Source of the DNA: Eledone cirrhosa
Taxonomy: Eukaryota
Length of the DNA: 64,000 nucleotides
Assembly (NCBI GenBank): GCA_964016885.1
Contig: OZ024746.1
Coordinates: 13,144,001-13,208,000 of the forward strand
Reading direction: 5' to 3'
The stretch's first letter is position 1, and every line of letters begins with the position of its first letter. Positions 1-12,517 of the stretch are shown piece by piece. The notes beneath the pieces were generated by a model. That model ran no database searches and had not been told where the DNA came from. It saw nothing but the letters and a program-made list of their open reading frames with translations. The translations under genes were made by a program, and so were the position numbers.

Positions 1-2655
1 ACAGTTGTGTGTCATAGACCTGAGACAGTTGTGTGTCATAGAACCTGAGACAGTTGTGTGTCATAGAACCTGAGACAGTTTTGTGTCATAGAACCTGAGA
101 CAGTTTGTGTCATAGAACCTGAGACAGTTTTGTGTCATAGAACCTGAGACAGTTGTGTGTCATAGAACCTGAGACAGTTGTGTCATAGAACCTGAGACAG
201 TTTTGTGTCATAGAACCTGAGACAGTTGTGTGTCATAGAACCTGAGACAGTTTTGTGTCATAGAACCTGAGACAGTTGTGTGTCATAGAACCTGAGACAG
301 TTTGTGTCATAGAACCTGAGACAGTTGTGTGTCATAGAACCTGAGACAGTTCTGTCATAGAACCTGAGACAGTTGTGTGTCATAGAACCTGAGACAGTTT
401 TGTGTCATAGAACCTGAGACAGTTGTGTGTCATAGAACCTGAGACAGTTGTGTGCATAGAACCTGAGACAGTTGTGTGTCATAGAACTTGAGACAGCTGT
501 GTGTCATAGAACCTGAGACAGTTGTGTGTCATAGAACCTGAGACAGTTGTGTGCATAGAACCTGAGACAGCTGTGTGTCATAGAACCTGAGACAGTTGTG
601 TGTCATAGAACCTGAGACAGTTGTGTGTCATAGAACCTGAGACAGTTTTGTGTCATAGAACCTGAGACAGTTGTGTGTCATAGAACCTGAGACAGTTGTG
701 TGTCATAGAACCTGAGGCAGTTTTGTGTCATAGAACCTGAGACAGTTGTGTGTCATAGAACCTGAGACAGTTGTGTGTCATAGAACCTGAGACAGTTTTG
801 TGTCATATAACCTGAGACAGTTTGTGTCATAGAACCTGAGACAGTTGTGTGTCATAGAACCTGAGACAGTTGTGTGTCATAGAACCTGAGACAGTTTTGT
901 GTCATAGAACCTGAGACAGTTGTGTGTCATAGAACCTGAGACAGTTTTGTGTCATAGAACCTGAGACAGTTTGTGTCATAGAACCTGAGACAGTTTTGTG
1001 TCATAGAACCTGAGACAGTTGTGTGTCATAGAACCTGAGACAGTTGTGTCATAGAACCTGAGACAGTTTTGTGTCATAGAACCTGAGACAGTTGTGTGTC
1101 ATAGAACCTGAGACAGTTTTGTGTCATAGAACCTGAGACAGTTGTGTGTCATAGAACCTGAGGCAGTTTTGTGTCATAGAACCTGAAACAGTTGTGTGTC
1201 ATAGAACCTGAGACAGTTGTGTGTCATAGAACCTGAGACAGTTTTGTGTCATAGAACCTGAGACAGTTGTGTGTCATAGAACCTGAGACAGTTGTGTGTC
1301 ATAGAACCTGAGACAGTTGTGTGTCATAGAACCTGAGACAGTTGTGTGTCATAGAACCTGAGACAGTTTTGTGTCATAGAACCTGAGACAGTTGTGTGTC
1401 ATAGAACCTGAGACAGTTGTGTGTCATAGAACCTGAGACAGTTTTGTGTCATAGAACCTGAGACAGTTGTGTGTCATAGAACCTGAGACAGTTTTGTGTC
1501 ATAGAACCTGAGACAGTTGTGTGTCATAGAACCTGAGACAGTTGTGTGTCATAGAACCTGAGACAGTTGTGTGTCATAGAACCTGAGACAGTTGTGTGTC
1601 ATAGAACCTGAGACAGTTTTGTGTCATAGAACCTGAGACAGTTTTGTGTCATAGAACCTGAGACAGTTTTGTGTCATAGAACCTGAGACAGTTGTGTGTC
1701 ATAGAACCTGAGACAGTTGTGTGTCATAGACCTGAGACAGTTGTGTGTCATAGAACCTGAGACAGTTGTGTGTCATAGAACCTGAGACAGTTTTGTGTCA
1801 TAGAACCTGAGACAGTTTGTGTCATAGAACCTGAGACAGTTGTGTCATAGAACCTGAGATAGTTGTGTGTCATAGAACCTGAGACAGTTGTGTGTCATAG
1901 AACCTGAGACAGTTTTGTGTCATAGAACCTGAGACAGTTGTGTGTCATAGAACCTGAGACAGTTTTGTGTCATAGAACCTGAGACAGTTTTGTCATAGAA
2001 CCTGAGACAGTTGTGTGTCATAGAACCTGAGACAGTTGTGTGTCATAGAACCTGAGACAGTTGTGTCATAGAACCTGAGACAGTTGTGTGTCATAGAACC
2101 TGAGAGAGTTGTGTGTCATAGAACCTGAGACAGTTTTGTGTCATAGAACCTGAGACAGTTGTGTGTCATAGAACCTGAGACAGTTGTGTCATAGAACCTG
2201 AGACAGTTTTGTGTCATAGAACCTGAGACAGTTGTGTGTCATAGAACCTGAGACAGTTTTGTGTCATAGAACCTGAGACAGTTTTGTGTCATAGAACCTG
2301 AGACAGTTTTGTGTCATAGAACCTGAGACAGTTTTGTGTCATAGAACCTGAGAGAGTTGTGTCATAGAACCTGAGGCAGTTTTGTGTCATAGAACCTGAG
2401 ACAGTTGTGTGTCATAGAACCTGAGACAGTTGTGTGTCATAGAACCTGAGACAGTTGTGTCATAGAACCTGAGACAGTTGTGTGTCATAGAACCTGAGAC
2501 AGTTGTGTTTCATAGAACCTGAGACAGTTTTGTGTCATAGAACCTGAGACAGTTGTGTGTCATAGAACCTGAGACAGTTGTGTGTCATAGAACCTGAGAC
2601 AGTTGTGTGTCATAGAACCTGAGACAGTTGTGTGTCATAGAACCTGAGACAGTTC
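1..2655. repeat. Minisatellite, 25-bp unit (ACAGTTGTGTGTCATAGAACCTGAG), ~105 copies, runs off the left edge
   Basis: Direct tandem repetition with TTGTG/TTTTG variants and 1-2 bp indels. Confidence 0.98.
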
Positions 2656-2734
2656 TCAACAGATTGATATCAAAAGGGTAGATTGGTAATTAATAATTTG
2701 TTATTGTTGTTATTTTTTATTCCATATCAGTAAA

Positions 2735-2935
2735 GCATTGGACAATATGCTTTATGGCATAGAGTTACGGTGCTTTACATTCTGAGCTCAAATCCCGTCA
2801 AAGTTAGCTTTGCCTTTCATTATTACGGGGTCGATAAAATAAAGTACCAGTAATGCACTGGGATCGATTTAATCGCCCCCCCCCCCCTCCCAACAAAAAA
2901 TTGCTGGCCTCGTACCTAAATTAGAAACCATTATT
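2735..2935 (+). mobile_element. SINE family A copy (tRNA-derived)
   Basis: B-box-like GAGCTCAAATCC followed by the conserved TTTGCCTTTCAT..ACGGGGTCGATAAAATAAAGTACCAGT core that recurs more than 10 times in the window. Confidence 0.8.
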
Positions 2936-3621
2936 TTTTGTTCCTTTAGTGTACCTTGTCTTATATTTAGACACACAGTGACATTACATTGAATTGAAAG
3001 AAACCATCTTTCTTATATGTTTATATCAGTTCCATTATCAGAATATGTCAGTTTCTTACATCATTACAATAATCACATATATCTTCAAATTGTCAATCCA
3101 TTTAAAGAAAACTATATCTGAATTTAATTATGTACATTGCTAGAATTACATAGGCATTGCAGTGTATTTTAAGAGTGAAGTGGGTATTGCAACCATGATG
3201 CTTATGGGATAGCTGTATGTTCTCACAAATTGCAGTAATGCTTTTAATATTCTATTAACAGTTTTAATCACACATTTATGAAAATATTTTTGCTTTCTAA
3301 ATGAGACATCAAAAATATTAATGCCATTTCCAATTCTTTCATATGCAGAATTATCATTCAGAGCTATTAATAATAATTATCATATTTGGTTAAAAATTTG
3401 GAATCTTGCCAAAATAACCAAATCCATGTAAATTGTATCAACTTTCAAATTCATTATTAATGCTAATCACCTTTATAAATAATAGTATCTTAATATTAAT
3501 ACTGATTGCCTATTCATTTATTTGATAGTCTGGTTTCTTTCCGATTATCTAAAGGCCTTAATATAAAAAATCTAATGTATTGTTATTCTGAAAGAATTGT
3601 GAACAATTTGTAATGTTATTT

Positions 3622-3785
3622 ATCATCATCATCATCATTTAATGTCCATTTTCCATGCTATCATGGGTAGGATGGGTTGTCCCTTTGTGAGAGATCTGGT
3701 TGGAGGACTGTGTTTCGTTCATGCAAGGCTGATTTTCGCTTGGTTTCTATGGCTGGATGCCCTTCCTTACACCAATCACATTTAC
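3622..3785 (-). mobile_element. SINE family B 3' tail fragment
   Basis: (CAT)n plus GTCCATTTTCCATGCTA and GGCTGGATGCCCTTCC, matching the reverse complement of the 7337-7763 tail. Confidence 0.65.
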
Positions 3786-4404
3786 ATTTATATATATATA
3801 TATATATTATTTAATAAAAACATGATAAATCTTAAAATTCTAAGTGCCATTTGTTGATCTAATAAAGGAAAAATATATCCACTCAAAAAAAAAAATAAAC
3901 ATGAAAAAGAAAGAAGAGAGAACTAGTGATATTTGTTTGGCATACGAAATGTAGATTCTCTATTTCTATGTTTGGTAGCCACTAATATGAAAGTATAGTC
4001 ATTACACAGGTCTTAATTTTAAAGCTGTTTCTTCTTCCTCAAACAATATTTTTGTGATGTTCATAGATCTTCAATTATGTCCACCTATTAGCAATTACTG
4101 TTATCTTGAAATGTTCTATCCTGTCAAATGATATTAGTAATAGTAACTATGTAAATACATAAATAAATACGTTGGAATTATTTGTATTGATTGTGAAGGT
4201 TTACTGTCAGCAAGAGGACATTATACACTCATTTCCTCTGCTAACATCATTGGAATGGTTTTAGATAAATTGGTCATATTCTCAGAGCAATTGATTTCAT
4301 AGTTGGATGCATTTATTACTGATGCCTGCTCAACTGAGACTTAATAGTCAAACTTAGTGTGAGGCTGACAAATTGAGACAAGCAGACTAATAATAATAAT
4401 AATA

Positions 4405-4980
4405 ATCGTTTCTACTTTAGGCTCAAGGCCAGCAATTACCCAGTGCATTACTGGTACTTTATTTTATCGACCCCGTAAGGATGAAAGGCAAAGTCAACCT
4501 CGGCGGGATTTGAACTCAGATCGTAAAGGGACGTAATAATGATAGTTTCTACTATAGGCACAAGGCCAGTAATTGGGAGGGGGGGGGGGGGGGTGTAAGT
4601 TGATTAAATCAGCCTCAGTGTATTACTGGTACTTTATTTTATCAAACCTGTAAGGATGAAAGGCAAAGCTAACTTCGGCAGGATTTTAACCCAGAACGTA
4701 AAGGGTGGTAACTCTATGCCGTAAAGCAATTTGCCCGATGCTCTACTGATACGGTCAATCCACCAATAATAATAATAATAATAATGGTTTCTGATTTAGG
4801 CACAAGACCAGAAATTTTATTATATCAATCCCAGTACTTGACTGGCATTTTATTTTATCGACCCTGGGAATATGAAAGGCAAAGTTAATCTTGGTGGCAT
4901 TTGAACTCAGAACACAAAGAGCTGGAAGAAATATTGTAAAGTATTTTGTCTGCTGCTCTAACAATTCTACCAATCCACCA
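4405..4980 (-). mobile_element. Three adjacent SINE family A copies
   Basis: Repeated ACTGGTACTTTATTTTATCGACCC..GGATGAAAGGCAAAGT..GATTTGAACTCAG blocks separated by (AAT)n tails. Confidence 0.8.
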
Positions 4981-6059
4981 TAAATTTGTAGGTAGTGTAT
5001 GTGTGTGTATGTGTGTGTGTGTGTGGGGGGGGGGGTAGTTAATTTAAATTATTCCAGGTCATAACTGGTAGCTATTTTATCAATCCAGGAATGATAAAAT
5101 ACCAAGTTGACCCTGGTTGAATTAAAGCAGATAACATAAAGAGCAGGACTGACTATTATAAGGCATTTAATCCATCTTGTTACCATTCCTCTCAATTTAC
5201 TCACTTTTAGCATAATAATGCATATACAATATTATAGTTCAATATACAATAATGCAATATTACCTCTATTTATAATATGATTACATTCACTCCTGTAAGG
5301 ATTTAGAAGAAAATATCTAAAAACCCATTTGTTAATTTAAATGTTTATATTATCTTTACTAGTGGACAGCTAGATCATTGTGAAAACCAGCAGTAGACCA
5401 AAGTAAAGCGTTTATCTTTTAACATAATGTAGTCATAGTACTTGTTTTGACCTTTTTCAAGAATGTCATGCTTATGTGATTTCATGTGGAACAGGATATT
5501 AAGAGTTAAAATACAAATACACATCCATTAATTCTACTAATGCTAGAAAAGTTCAACTGAAGAAGAAGCTGTCATTATTATTTTTAACCCTAGTTAACCC
5601 TGATTGAATAACCAGATCTATGATCAAAGATGTTATAATGTGATTATTCAATCTTTATCCTTTTAGACATAGTGTATCTAGTCGTTGGGAAATATGGCTG
5701 CCATTTTTAACAGTTTGAACAACCATATAAAACTCCTTGGGTTGAATCTAGAAAAGCTGTTCATGAACCTTTTTGTCCATTTAGGTTGAATCAGCAGTCT
5801 TACCACTTCCAAGCAGGAAAAATAACAGGTTAAAGTGTGGGCCTAACCATACTATGTAAGGGTTATTAGGATACTACATACTACAGTTAGATCTGTCTAT
5901 CTATCTAATGGTACTATTTCTTCTTCATGTCTAGACAACACTCAAAGTATCAGAGCTGACACTAAGTTTCCACATTTAATAAAGAAAATAATAAAGTTTG
6001 TCCTAAGCATATTATCTTAAGAAAATAATTGAAAAAAGCAAATAAATAGACACTCTCAC

Positions 6060-6098
6060 TTTTTTAACCTTCACGAATCTCTCCAATGCTGCCTGGAT
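6060..6098 (-). CDS. Candidate 39-nt exon (IQAALERFVKVKK in phase 0)
   Basis: Minus-strand ctttacag acceptor and gtgaga donor around an open 13-codon stretch; no homology evidence. Confidence 0.25.
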
Positions 6099-6465
6099 CT
6101 GTAAAGGATACAATATTAAAACACTGATAGTTACACATAGTAATAGCTTTGAAAAATGCACTACAAGACCAACATTTACATTTCTTTAATAATATATTTT
6201 AGGTGTGATGTAAGTTAGATAGGTATGAAAATGTAAACATATGTAGATAAGTTTATAGTGAGTATGTATGTACCTTTATAGCTGAAATTGCTTACTAACA
6301 AAAGGCATGCATTTATAGCATGTCTTTTCATATTAACACACATGCCGGGAAAATGGCCTTAGAATGCTTGCTGCTTGCAGCATATACATATATATATGTC
6401 TGTATATGTCTGTATATACAGTGTGGGGAGGAAAGCATAGATATATTCTCAACACTTGGCAGCAA

Positions 6466-6496
<31 letters not shown>

Positions 6497-6849
6497 TCCA
6501 CCACCACCACCATCGTTTTAATGTTTGCTTTCTCTGCTAGCAAGAATTGGATGACATTTCTAGTATTGCTACAAACAATCAGGACATATTGGATGTATAT
6601 ATCTAGTCTTGCAGAAATAATGTGTTCTTACTACTTAAGTATGCTAGTAACACTCCACCTCATATAGATGACTGACAACAACACATCCTTCCTTTCCTGT
6701 TTCCTTTTTTTTTACTCCCATCTATCATCCTTTTTTTTTCTCTCTCAAACATCTCCTTTTCTCTCTCTCATTCTATCTTTAGATGAAGGACTAGCATCTG
6801 AAACTTTAAGATTCTTTTCCAAGTATATTGAGCATTAAACTAATATACC

Positions 6850-7025
6850 TTATCGGTAGAGGGTCGGACGCCATGCTTTCCAACATAGTTACGTCCCTTT
6901 ACGATTTGAGTTCAAATCCCGCCGAGGTTGACTTTGCCTTTCATCCTTACGGGGTCGATAAAATAAAGTACCAGTAATGGACTGGATAATTGCTGGCCTT
7001 GTGCCTAAAGTAGAAACAATTATTT
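6850..7025 (+). mobile_element. SINE family A copy
   Basis: GAGTTCAAATCCCGCCGAGGTTGACTTTGCCTTTCATCCTTACGGGGTCGATAAAATAAAGTACCAG. Confidence 0.85.
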
Positions 7026-7086
7026 TTGTTTTACAGTATTGTTTTTCCTTGTTGATTATATACATACATATACACACATACACACA

Positions 7087-7126
<40 letters not shown>

Positions 7127-7336
7127 CTGTATATATGCGAGAAAAACTACAAACCCTCTATCTCAATTCTAGTTTTGAAAAGCATAAGAACTGTGAAACC
7201 GGTAAAGGAAAAAAAGACTCCAGTTGCATTTTCGATTTTATTCTTTTTCCTTTTTCCTTATATTTTCACTCGTGTAGGACATCTGGTTTTTTTCATTTAA
7301 AAAAACCTCATTTTCTTTTATATATATATATATATG

Positions 7337-7763
7337 AAGACGCATGGCTTAATGGTTAGAGCATTGGGCTTACAATCGAAAGGTTGTGAGTTCAATTCTC
7401 GGACCGGGTGATGTATTGTTTCCTTGAGCAAGACACTTTATTTCACATTGCGTAGAAATGAGATGATAGAACTGGGGTCTCTATCATTGCCCCGCAAGGT
7501 GGTCGTGGAGGTGCCACGGCAAAAAAACACCCAGCCCACACTGTAAAGTGGACGTGTAGGCGCTACGGAAAAAAGCACCCGGCACTCACTGTAAATGAGG
7601 TTGGTGTTAGGAAGGGCATCCAGCTGTAGAAATCAAGCCAGAATCAGATCCCGTATGAGCAAGACAAGGTCAGCCGACCGGACACTGCCCACAACAGGAC
7701 AACCTGTCTAACTCATGCTAGCGTGGAAGAACGGACGTAAAACGGTGATGATGATGATGATGA
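7337..7763 (+). mobile_element. SINE family B, near full length (tRNA head, CORE-like domain, (GAT)n tail)
   Basis: A-box-like TGGCTTAATGGT, B-box GAGTTCAATTC, CORE-like TCCTTGAGCAAGACACTTTA, tail ending GGACGTAAAACGGT(GAT)n; sits in a TA run. Confidence 0.85.
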
Positions 7764-7811
7764 TATATATATATATATATACACACACACATTATACATA
7801 TATGGGTATGT

Positions 7812-8102
7812 TTGTAGTAAATACATTTACATGCCAACATATATGAGAACCATATATAAAAAGAGACTTACTAGGTAAATAGAACCTGTGGTTAACCTCA
7901 GAGCTCTCTCTCTCCAACAATGTGAAGAACAAACTCAACTAGTTACTAAAGTTCCAAACACTGTTTACTGTAATAACTAACTAAACTAGTTGAGCTTGTT
8001 TCTCACTGTATTCTGGAAACAGACAGCTCTGAGGTTTAACCACAAGTTATTTTGATAAATCTATACTTATCAAATGTAGGCATATAAATTTATTTACATA
8101 CT
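7812..8102. repeat. Imperfect fold-back inverted repeat (~290 bp)
   Basis: AACCTGTGGTTAACCTCAGAGCT...CTCAACTAGTT versus AACTAGTTGAG...AGCTCTGAGGTTTAACCACAAGTT, with weaker outer arms. Confidence 0.75.
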
Positions 8103-8278
8103 TATCCACTAACACATAGATTTAGTACTTTATTTACACCCACACACACATATATACATGATACATTCTGAGATATATATAGAATAGAATTAGGTGGAAT
8201 TTCGTATTTCCTAAGAAATACAGTATGTTGATAGATAAATATATATACACACATGATACATTCTAATATATATATATA

Positions 8279-9584
8279 CAGGGTGTGGACGATATTTGTT
8301 TGCAATTTTCAACTGCTAATTTTATGCAAATTTTTTTTACTTCTGTTGTCACTCTTGTCTTCATAAAAACAGTGACTATATTTCCATTATTTATTTTCAG
8401 AATAATTGATCATGAATAATTTTGAACCTCCAAATTTGTGGAAGAGACACGGAGTTCTTCTTGGAATCCGCGCCGGGAGGACAAATAAGGAAATTTCAGA
8501 CTTTCTCAGCGTCAGCAGGAGAATGGTGGAAAAGATCAGAAAGGAATTGGAAGATTCAGGATTCAACTACGAAGCAACATCAGAGAGGAAAACACATGAT
8601 CGACGATCTGACGCCTTCAGAACGCCCGAGTTTGTCGCTGAAGTTCAGGATATCATCAACAATGAACCTAGCAAGTCGATGTGTGCCATTGCAAGGAAGA
8701 AAGGCGTGATGAAAAGCTCATTAGGCCGGTGGTACATGAAGACATTCGCTACGTTTCATACAAGATGAGGAAAGGACAATTTCTGTCAAAGGCGATGCAA
8801 GAAAAGCGACTGAAGCACGCAAAGAAGCTGATCAACAAGTTGAAACACCCACTGGAGCCAGACATGCTGTGGTTTTTCTCCGACAAGAAAAACTTCTGCC
8901 AAGACCAGAAGATCAACTCCCAGAACAACAGGTGGCTCGCTGTCTCATCCAAAGACGTGCCCAGAGTCATGCAGACAAAGTTTCCAGCGACAACATTGGT
9001 CTTAGGTGTCGTCAGCAGTCAAGTTGACATCATGCCACCTCACTTCTTCCCTGATGGTCTCAAACTGAACACTGATGGCTACATCCGCGTTCTGAGCGAG
9101 GTAGTAAAGCCCTGGATCGACCAGGTAGCTGCAGGTAGGCTGTACGTGTGGCAACAAGACTCAGTGCCCTGCCATACCAGCCGAAAGACCCAAGCCTGGC
9201 TGTCAGAGAACTTCGTCGACCACACTTCACCTGACATCTGGCCTCCCAGCTCGCCTGACTGCAACCCCCTCAACTTCTTTGTGTGGGATGCAGTGGAACG
9301 AGACACCAACAGATCTAGCTGCAATACAAAAGACAATCTGAAGGCCAGGATCACAAGTGCCTTTAGGAGCCTAAGTCGGGGGACAGTGACGAAGGCCTGT
9401 AGCTGATTGCGAGGCCGCTTTGAGGCCGTCATCAAAGCCAATGGTGGGTTTATCGAGTGAGATCGAAAGAACAAGTCATGAAGACAAACTGACTCACGTT
9501 TGATAAATATATCTTAAAAAATAAAACTACTGTGTTATTTTTTCCTAGACAGTAATCTTGCAAACAAATATCGTCCGCACCCTG
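8279..9584 (+). mobile_element. Tc1/mariner superfamily DNA transposon, DD37D (maT) type, full length 1306 bp
   Basis: TIRs CAGGGTGTGGACGATATTTGTTTGCAA / TTGCAAACAAATATCGTCCGCACCCTG (1 mismatch); TA at 8277-78 and 9585-86; internal transposase. Confidence 0.95.
8412..9460 (+). pseudogene. DD37D transposase, disrupted
   Basis: N-terminal HTH region (ORF 8406-8768) frameshifts near 8700 into WFFSD..WQQD-37aa-N (SPDCNPLN; third catalytic D is N); premature TGA at 9404-9406 with the frame continuing to 9460. Confidence 0.9.
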
Positions 9585-9637
9585 TATATATATGAAAATG
9601 TTCAAGACCCCGACGGCAGAGCTCAACCGTCTAACGT

Positions 9638-9681
9638 ATCGTCGATACATTTCGAATTTAACTGGGCCTCATCAGTACAAT
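9638..9681 (-). ncRNA. Minimal type I hammerhead ribozyme motif (weaker copy)
   Basis: Reverse strand reads ATTGTA-CTGATGA-GGCCCAGTTAAATTC-GAAA-TGTA-TC-GACGAT; stem I partly mismatched; AUC site. Confidence 0.6.
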
Positions 9682-9840
9682 CCCTCCACTTTTGCGACTG
9701 CTGGACTTGAAAACAGGCGAGAATATATGGTTTTCTCGTCTGTATAAATGGGCTTTCTAAATGTTTACCTATAAACATCGTATCTGTTTAACCATATATT
9801 CTCACTGGTTTCAAGTCCAGCAATCGCAAAAGTGGCATGG

Positions 9841-9884
9841 ATCGTCCTGATGAGACCCAGTTAAATTCGAAATGCATTGACGAT
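9841..9884 (+). ncRNA. Minimal type I hammerhead ribozyme motif
   Basis: ATCGTC-CTGATGA-GACCCAGTTAAATTC-GAAA-TGCAT-T-GACGAT: perfect 6-bp stem I, intact CUGAUGA/GAAA core, palindromic ATGCAT stem III. Confidence 0.72.
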
Positions 9885-10089
9885 TGTCCCCCTTACTTCT
9901 GTTGGACACCACCTGAGGGCGATAGCCCCGGTGTTTTGCATAGCTACGGCTTTCTGAATGTTTACCTATAAACATACCGTATTTATTTAGAAATACGAAA
10001 TTTCAATACATCTCTCTCTCTCTATATATATATATATGTCATGAGGTTTCTCAAATAAGTATAAACATTGACAGCTAAAAGTATTCTTA

Positions 10090-10410
10090 CACACTCACGC
10101 AGACAGAGTATAACATACATACTGACATACACACACACACACTCAGTAAAACATACATACTGACATACACACTCAGAGTAAAAGATACATACTGACACAC
10201 ACTCAGAGTAAAATTTACATACTGACACACGCACACACTCAGAGTAACGCATACATACTGAAACACACACTCATACACAGAGTAAAACACATACTGACAC
10301 ACACAGTAAAACATACATACTGAAACACACTCACATACACAGTAACACATACATACTGAAACACACTCACACACTCAGTAAAACATATATACTGACATAC
10401 ACAAACACAT
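10090..10410. repeat. Compound CA-rich degenerate tandem repeat
   Basis: Recurring ACACTCAGAGTAAAACATACATACTGAC-like units. Confidence 0.8.
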
Positions 10411-10825
10411 ATAACATATGTTTACATTTAAACGAATTTTTCCTTGCATATTTGTTTGAGAAATGGTTCTGTCTCAGCTGAACTTTAATATGTTTGACTT
10501 TCAGAAAGAACAGGGATCTATTGAATGTTTAAAAGGAAACTCAATTCATTTAGTGCAAGCTTGGCTACGTGAAGAAAGTAGTGTGCCCATGACAAGCTGC
10601 TGGAAATTATAGTATAGGAAATTAAAACCAAGAGAATTACATCTGTCATCATTTATTACATTCACATCTGTAGTTTGGTTTTTTTTTTATAGCTTTTTGC
10701 TTTTCTTTTTTATAGCTTTTTGCTTTTCCTTTTCTCATTGAGAAAATAAAACTCTATATCATGAAAAGTAGAATTTACAACATGAGTATGAGATCATGTA
10801 AGAAAATTGCTTGCAAAAGTTTTAA

Positions 10826-11255
10826 CCCATTAGCATTTAAATCGGCTGTATCCGGCCAGAATTCTCTCACCTCCTTCTGTTCAAACCAGCCGTAACCGGA
10901 CCTCCTTTTGTTCAAACCAGCCATAACTGGCCACTCATTCTTATGTTAAGGTATTGTTTTCAAAATAAATATCAAAATCTCATAGATTCGATATAATTGT
11001 TTCTACTTTTGGCACAAGGCCAACAATTATTCCAGTGCATTACTGGTACTTTATTTTATAGACCCGTAACGATGAAAGGCAAAGTTAACTTCGGCGGGAT
11101 TTGAACTCAAATCATAAAGGGCTGTAACTCTATGCTGCAAAGCATGGTGTCCGACCCTCTACCGATACTGCCAATAATGTGAGATAATTATGTATAATAA
11201 AGCCTTTTCTGTAAAAATATAATAGTATATATAGAGTAATGTAAATGCTAAAGGG
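10826..11255. mobile_element. TTAA-flanked non-autonomous element (piggyBac-like MITE) carrying a SINE A insertion at ~10998-11175
   Basis: TTAA|CCCATTAGCATTTA ... TAAATGCTAAAGGG|TTAA termini. Confidence 0.7.
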
Positions 11256-11367
11256 TTAAAGGCCTCATTGACATTGTAGCAAATATCTCATGTTATATTA
11301 GTGGTAGTTGAAATTAGTGGTGATTCAAATGTAGATCCACAAATTAGTTTGTTTTTATCAATCAGTG

Positions 11368-12043
11368 TTTAACATGAGACAAGCTGGTATCACCAGAGGG
11401 GCCTATATCAATACCTTTAACATGAGACAGGCTGGTATCACCAGAGGGGTCTATATCAATACCTTTAACATGAGAGAGGCTGGTATCACCAGAGGGGCCT
11501 ATGTCAATACCTTTAACATGAGACAGGCTGGTATCACCAGAGGGGTCTATATCAATACCTTTAACATGAGAGAGGCTGGTATCACCAGAGGGGTCTATAT
11601 CAATACCTTTAACATGAGAGAAGCTGGTATCACCAGAGGGGCCTGTGTCAATACCTTTAACATGAGACAGGCTGGTATCACCAGAGGGGCCTGTGTCAAT
11701 ACCTTTAACATGAGAGAGGCTGGTATCACCAGAGGGGTCTATATCAATACCTTTAACATGAGAGAAGCTGGTATCACCAGAGGGGCCTGTGTCAATACCT
11801 TTAACATGAGACAGGCTGGTATCATCAGAGGGGCCTGTGTCAATACCTTTAACATGAGAGAAGCTGGTATCACCAGAGGGGTCTATATCAATACCTTTAA
11901 CATGAGACAGGCTGGTATCACCAGAGGGGTCTATATCAATACCTTTAACATGAGACAGGCTGGTATCACCAGAGGGGCCTGTGTCAATACCTTTAACATG
12001 AGAGAAGCTGGTATCACCAGAGGGGTCTATGTCAACACCTTTC
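11368..12043. repeat. Minisatellite, 48-bp unit, ~14 copies
   Basis: TTTAACATGAGASAGGCTGGTATCACCAGAGGGGYCTRTRTCAATACC in tandem; gives repetitive ORFs on both strands. Confidence 0.97.
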
Positions 12044-12517
12044 AAACTAATCAACTGGCATAACATTGCCCCACCTCAGCTGCATTAATGTCAACAGATA
12101 TACCAACATCCTCATCTTTTAGCTAGGATGCCTACTTTGTCAACAGCCTGTTCATCCACACAGATGCACTATTGTCCACAGATGTGCTCCCATCATCATC
12201 TTTCAGATTGGTCATCAATAGCCTGTGAACCCCTCTCCTTCCCCATACACATATACATACACACCCAATGACTAGGTGCCTACGATAGACCAAAAGATAC
12301 AAGGCTTGATTCCTCATATGTGCTTCTGATTACTTTTTCCCATTTCTAAGATAACCCAATTCTTTCAACTATTATTTATAATGATTAACTGTTATTATAA
12401 TTATTTTCTGTGTTTAGGAATCTCACATTTCAAATTTTCAAATTCCCCCAGTGCTTCAGTAATTTATAAAATTTATATATAAGTTTATATATTTATATAT
12501 ATATAAACTCAAAATAC

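Noticed and set aside
1-2655. CRISPR-like regular repeat (also the 40.3-kb and 44.8-kb arrays)
   Set aside because: Head-to-tail units without unique spacers, no cas genes, eukaryotic context
6775-6812. Hammerhead-like TAGATGAAGGA..TCTGAAACTTTAAGA
   Set aside because: The core lacks CUGA and stem III is broken; at best a decayed PLE remnant
7337-7410. tRNA gene
   Set aside because: tRNA-like head of a SINE; continues into CORE-like and tail sequence and has multiple dispersed copies
10505-10612. Plus-strand exon-like segment (ctttcag|KEQGSIECLKGNSIHLVQAWLREE...)
   Set aside because: No convincing donor or partner exons; compatible with chance in AT-rich DNA
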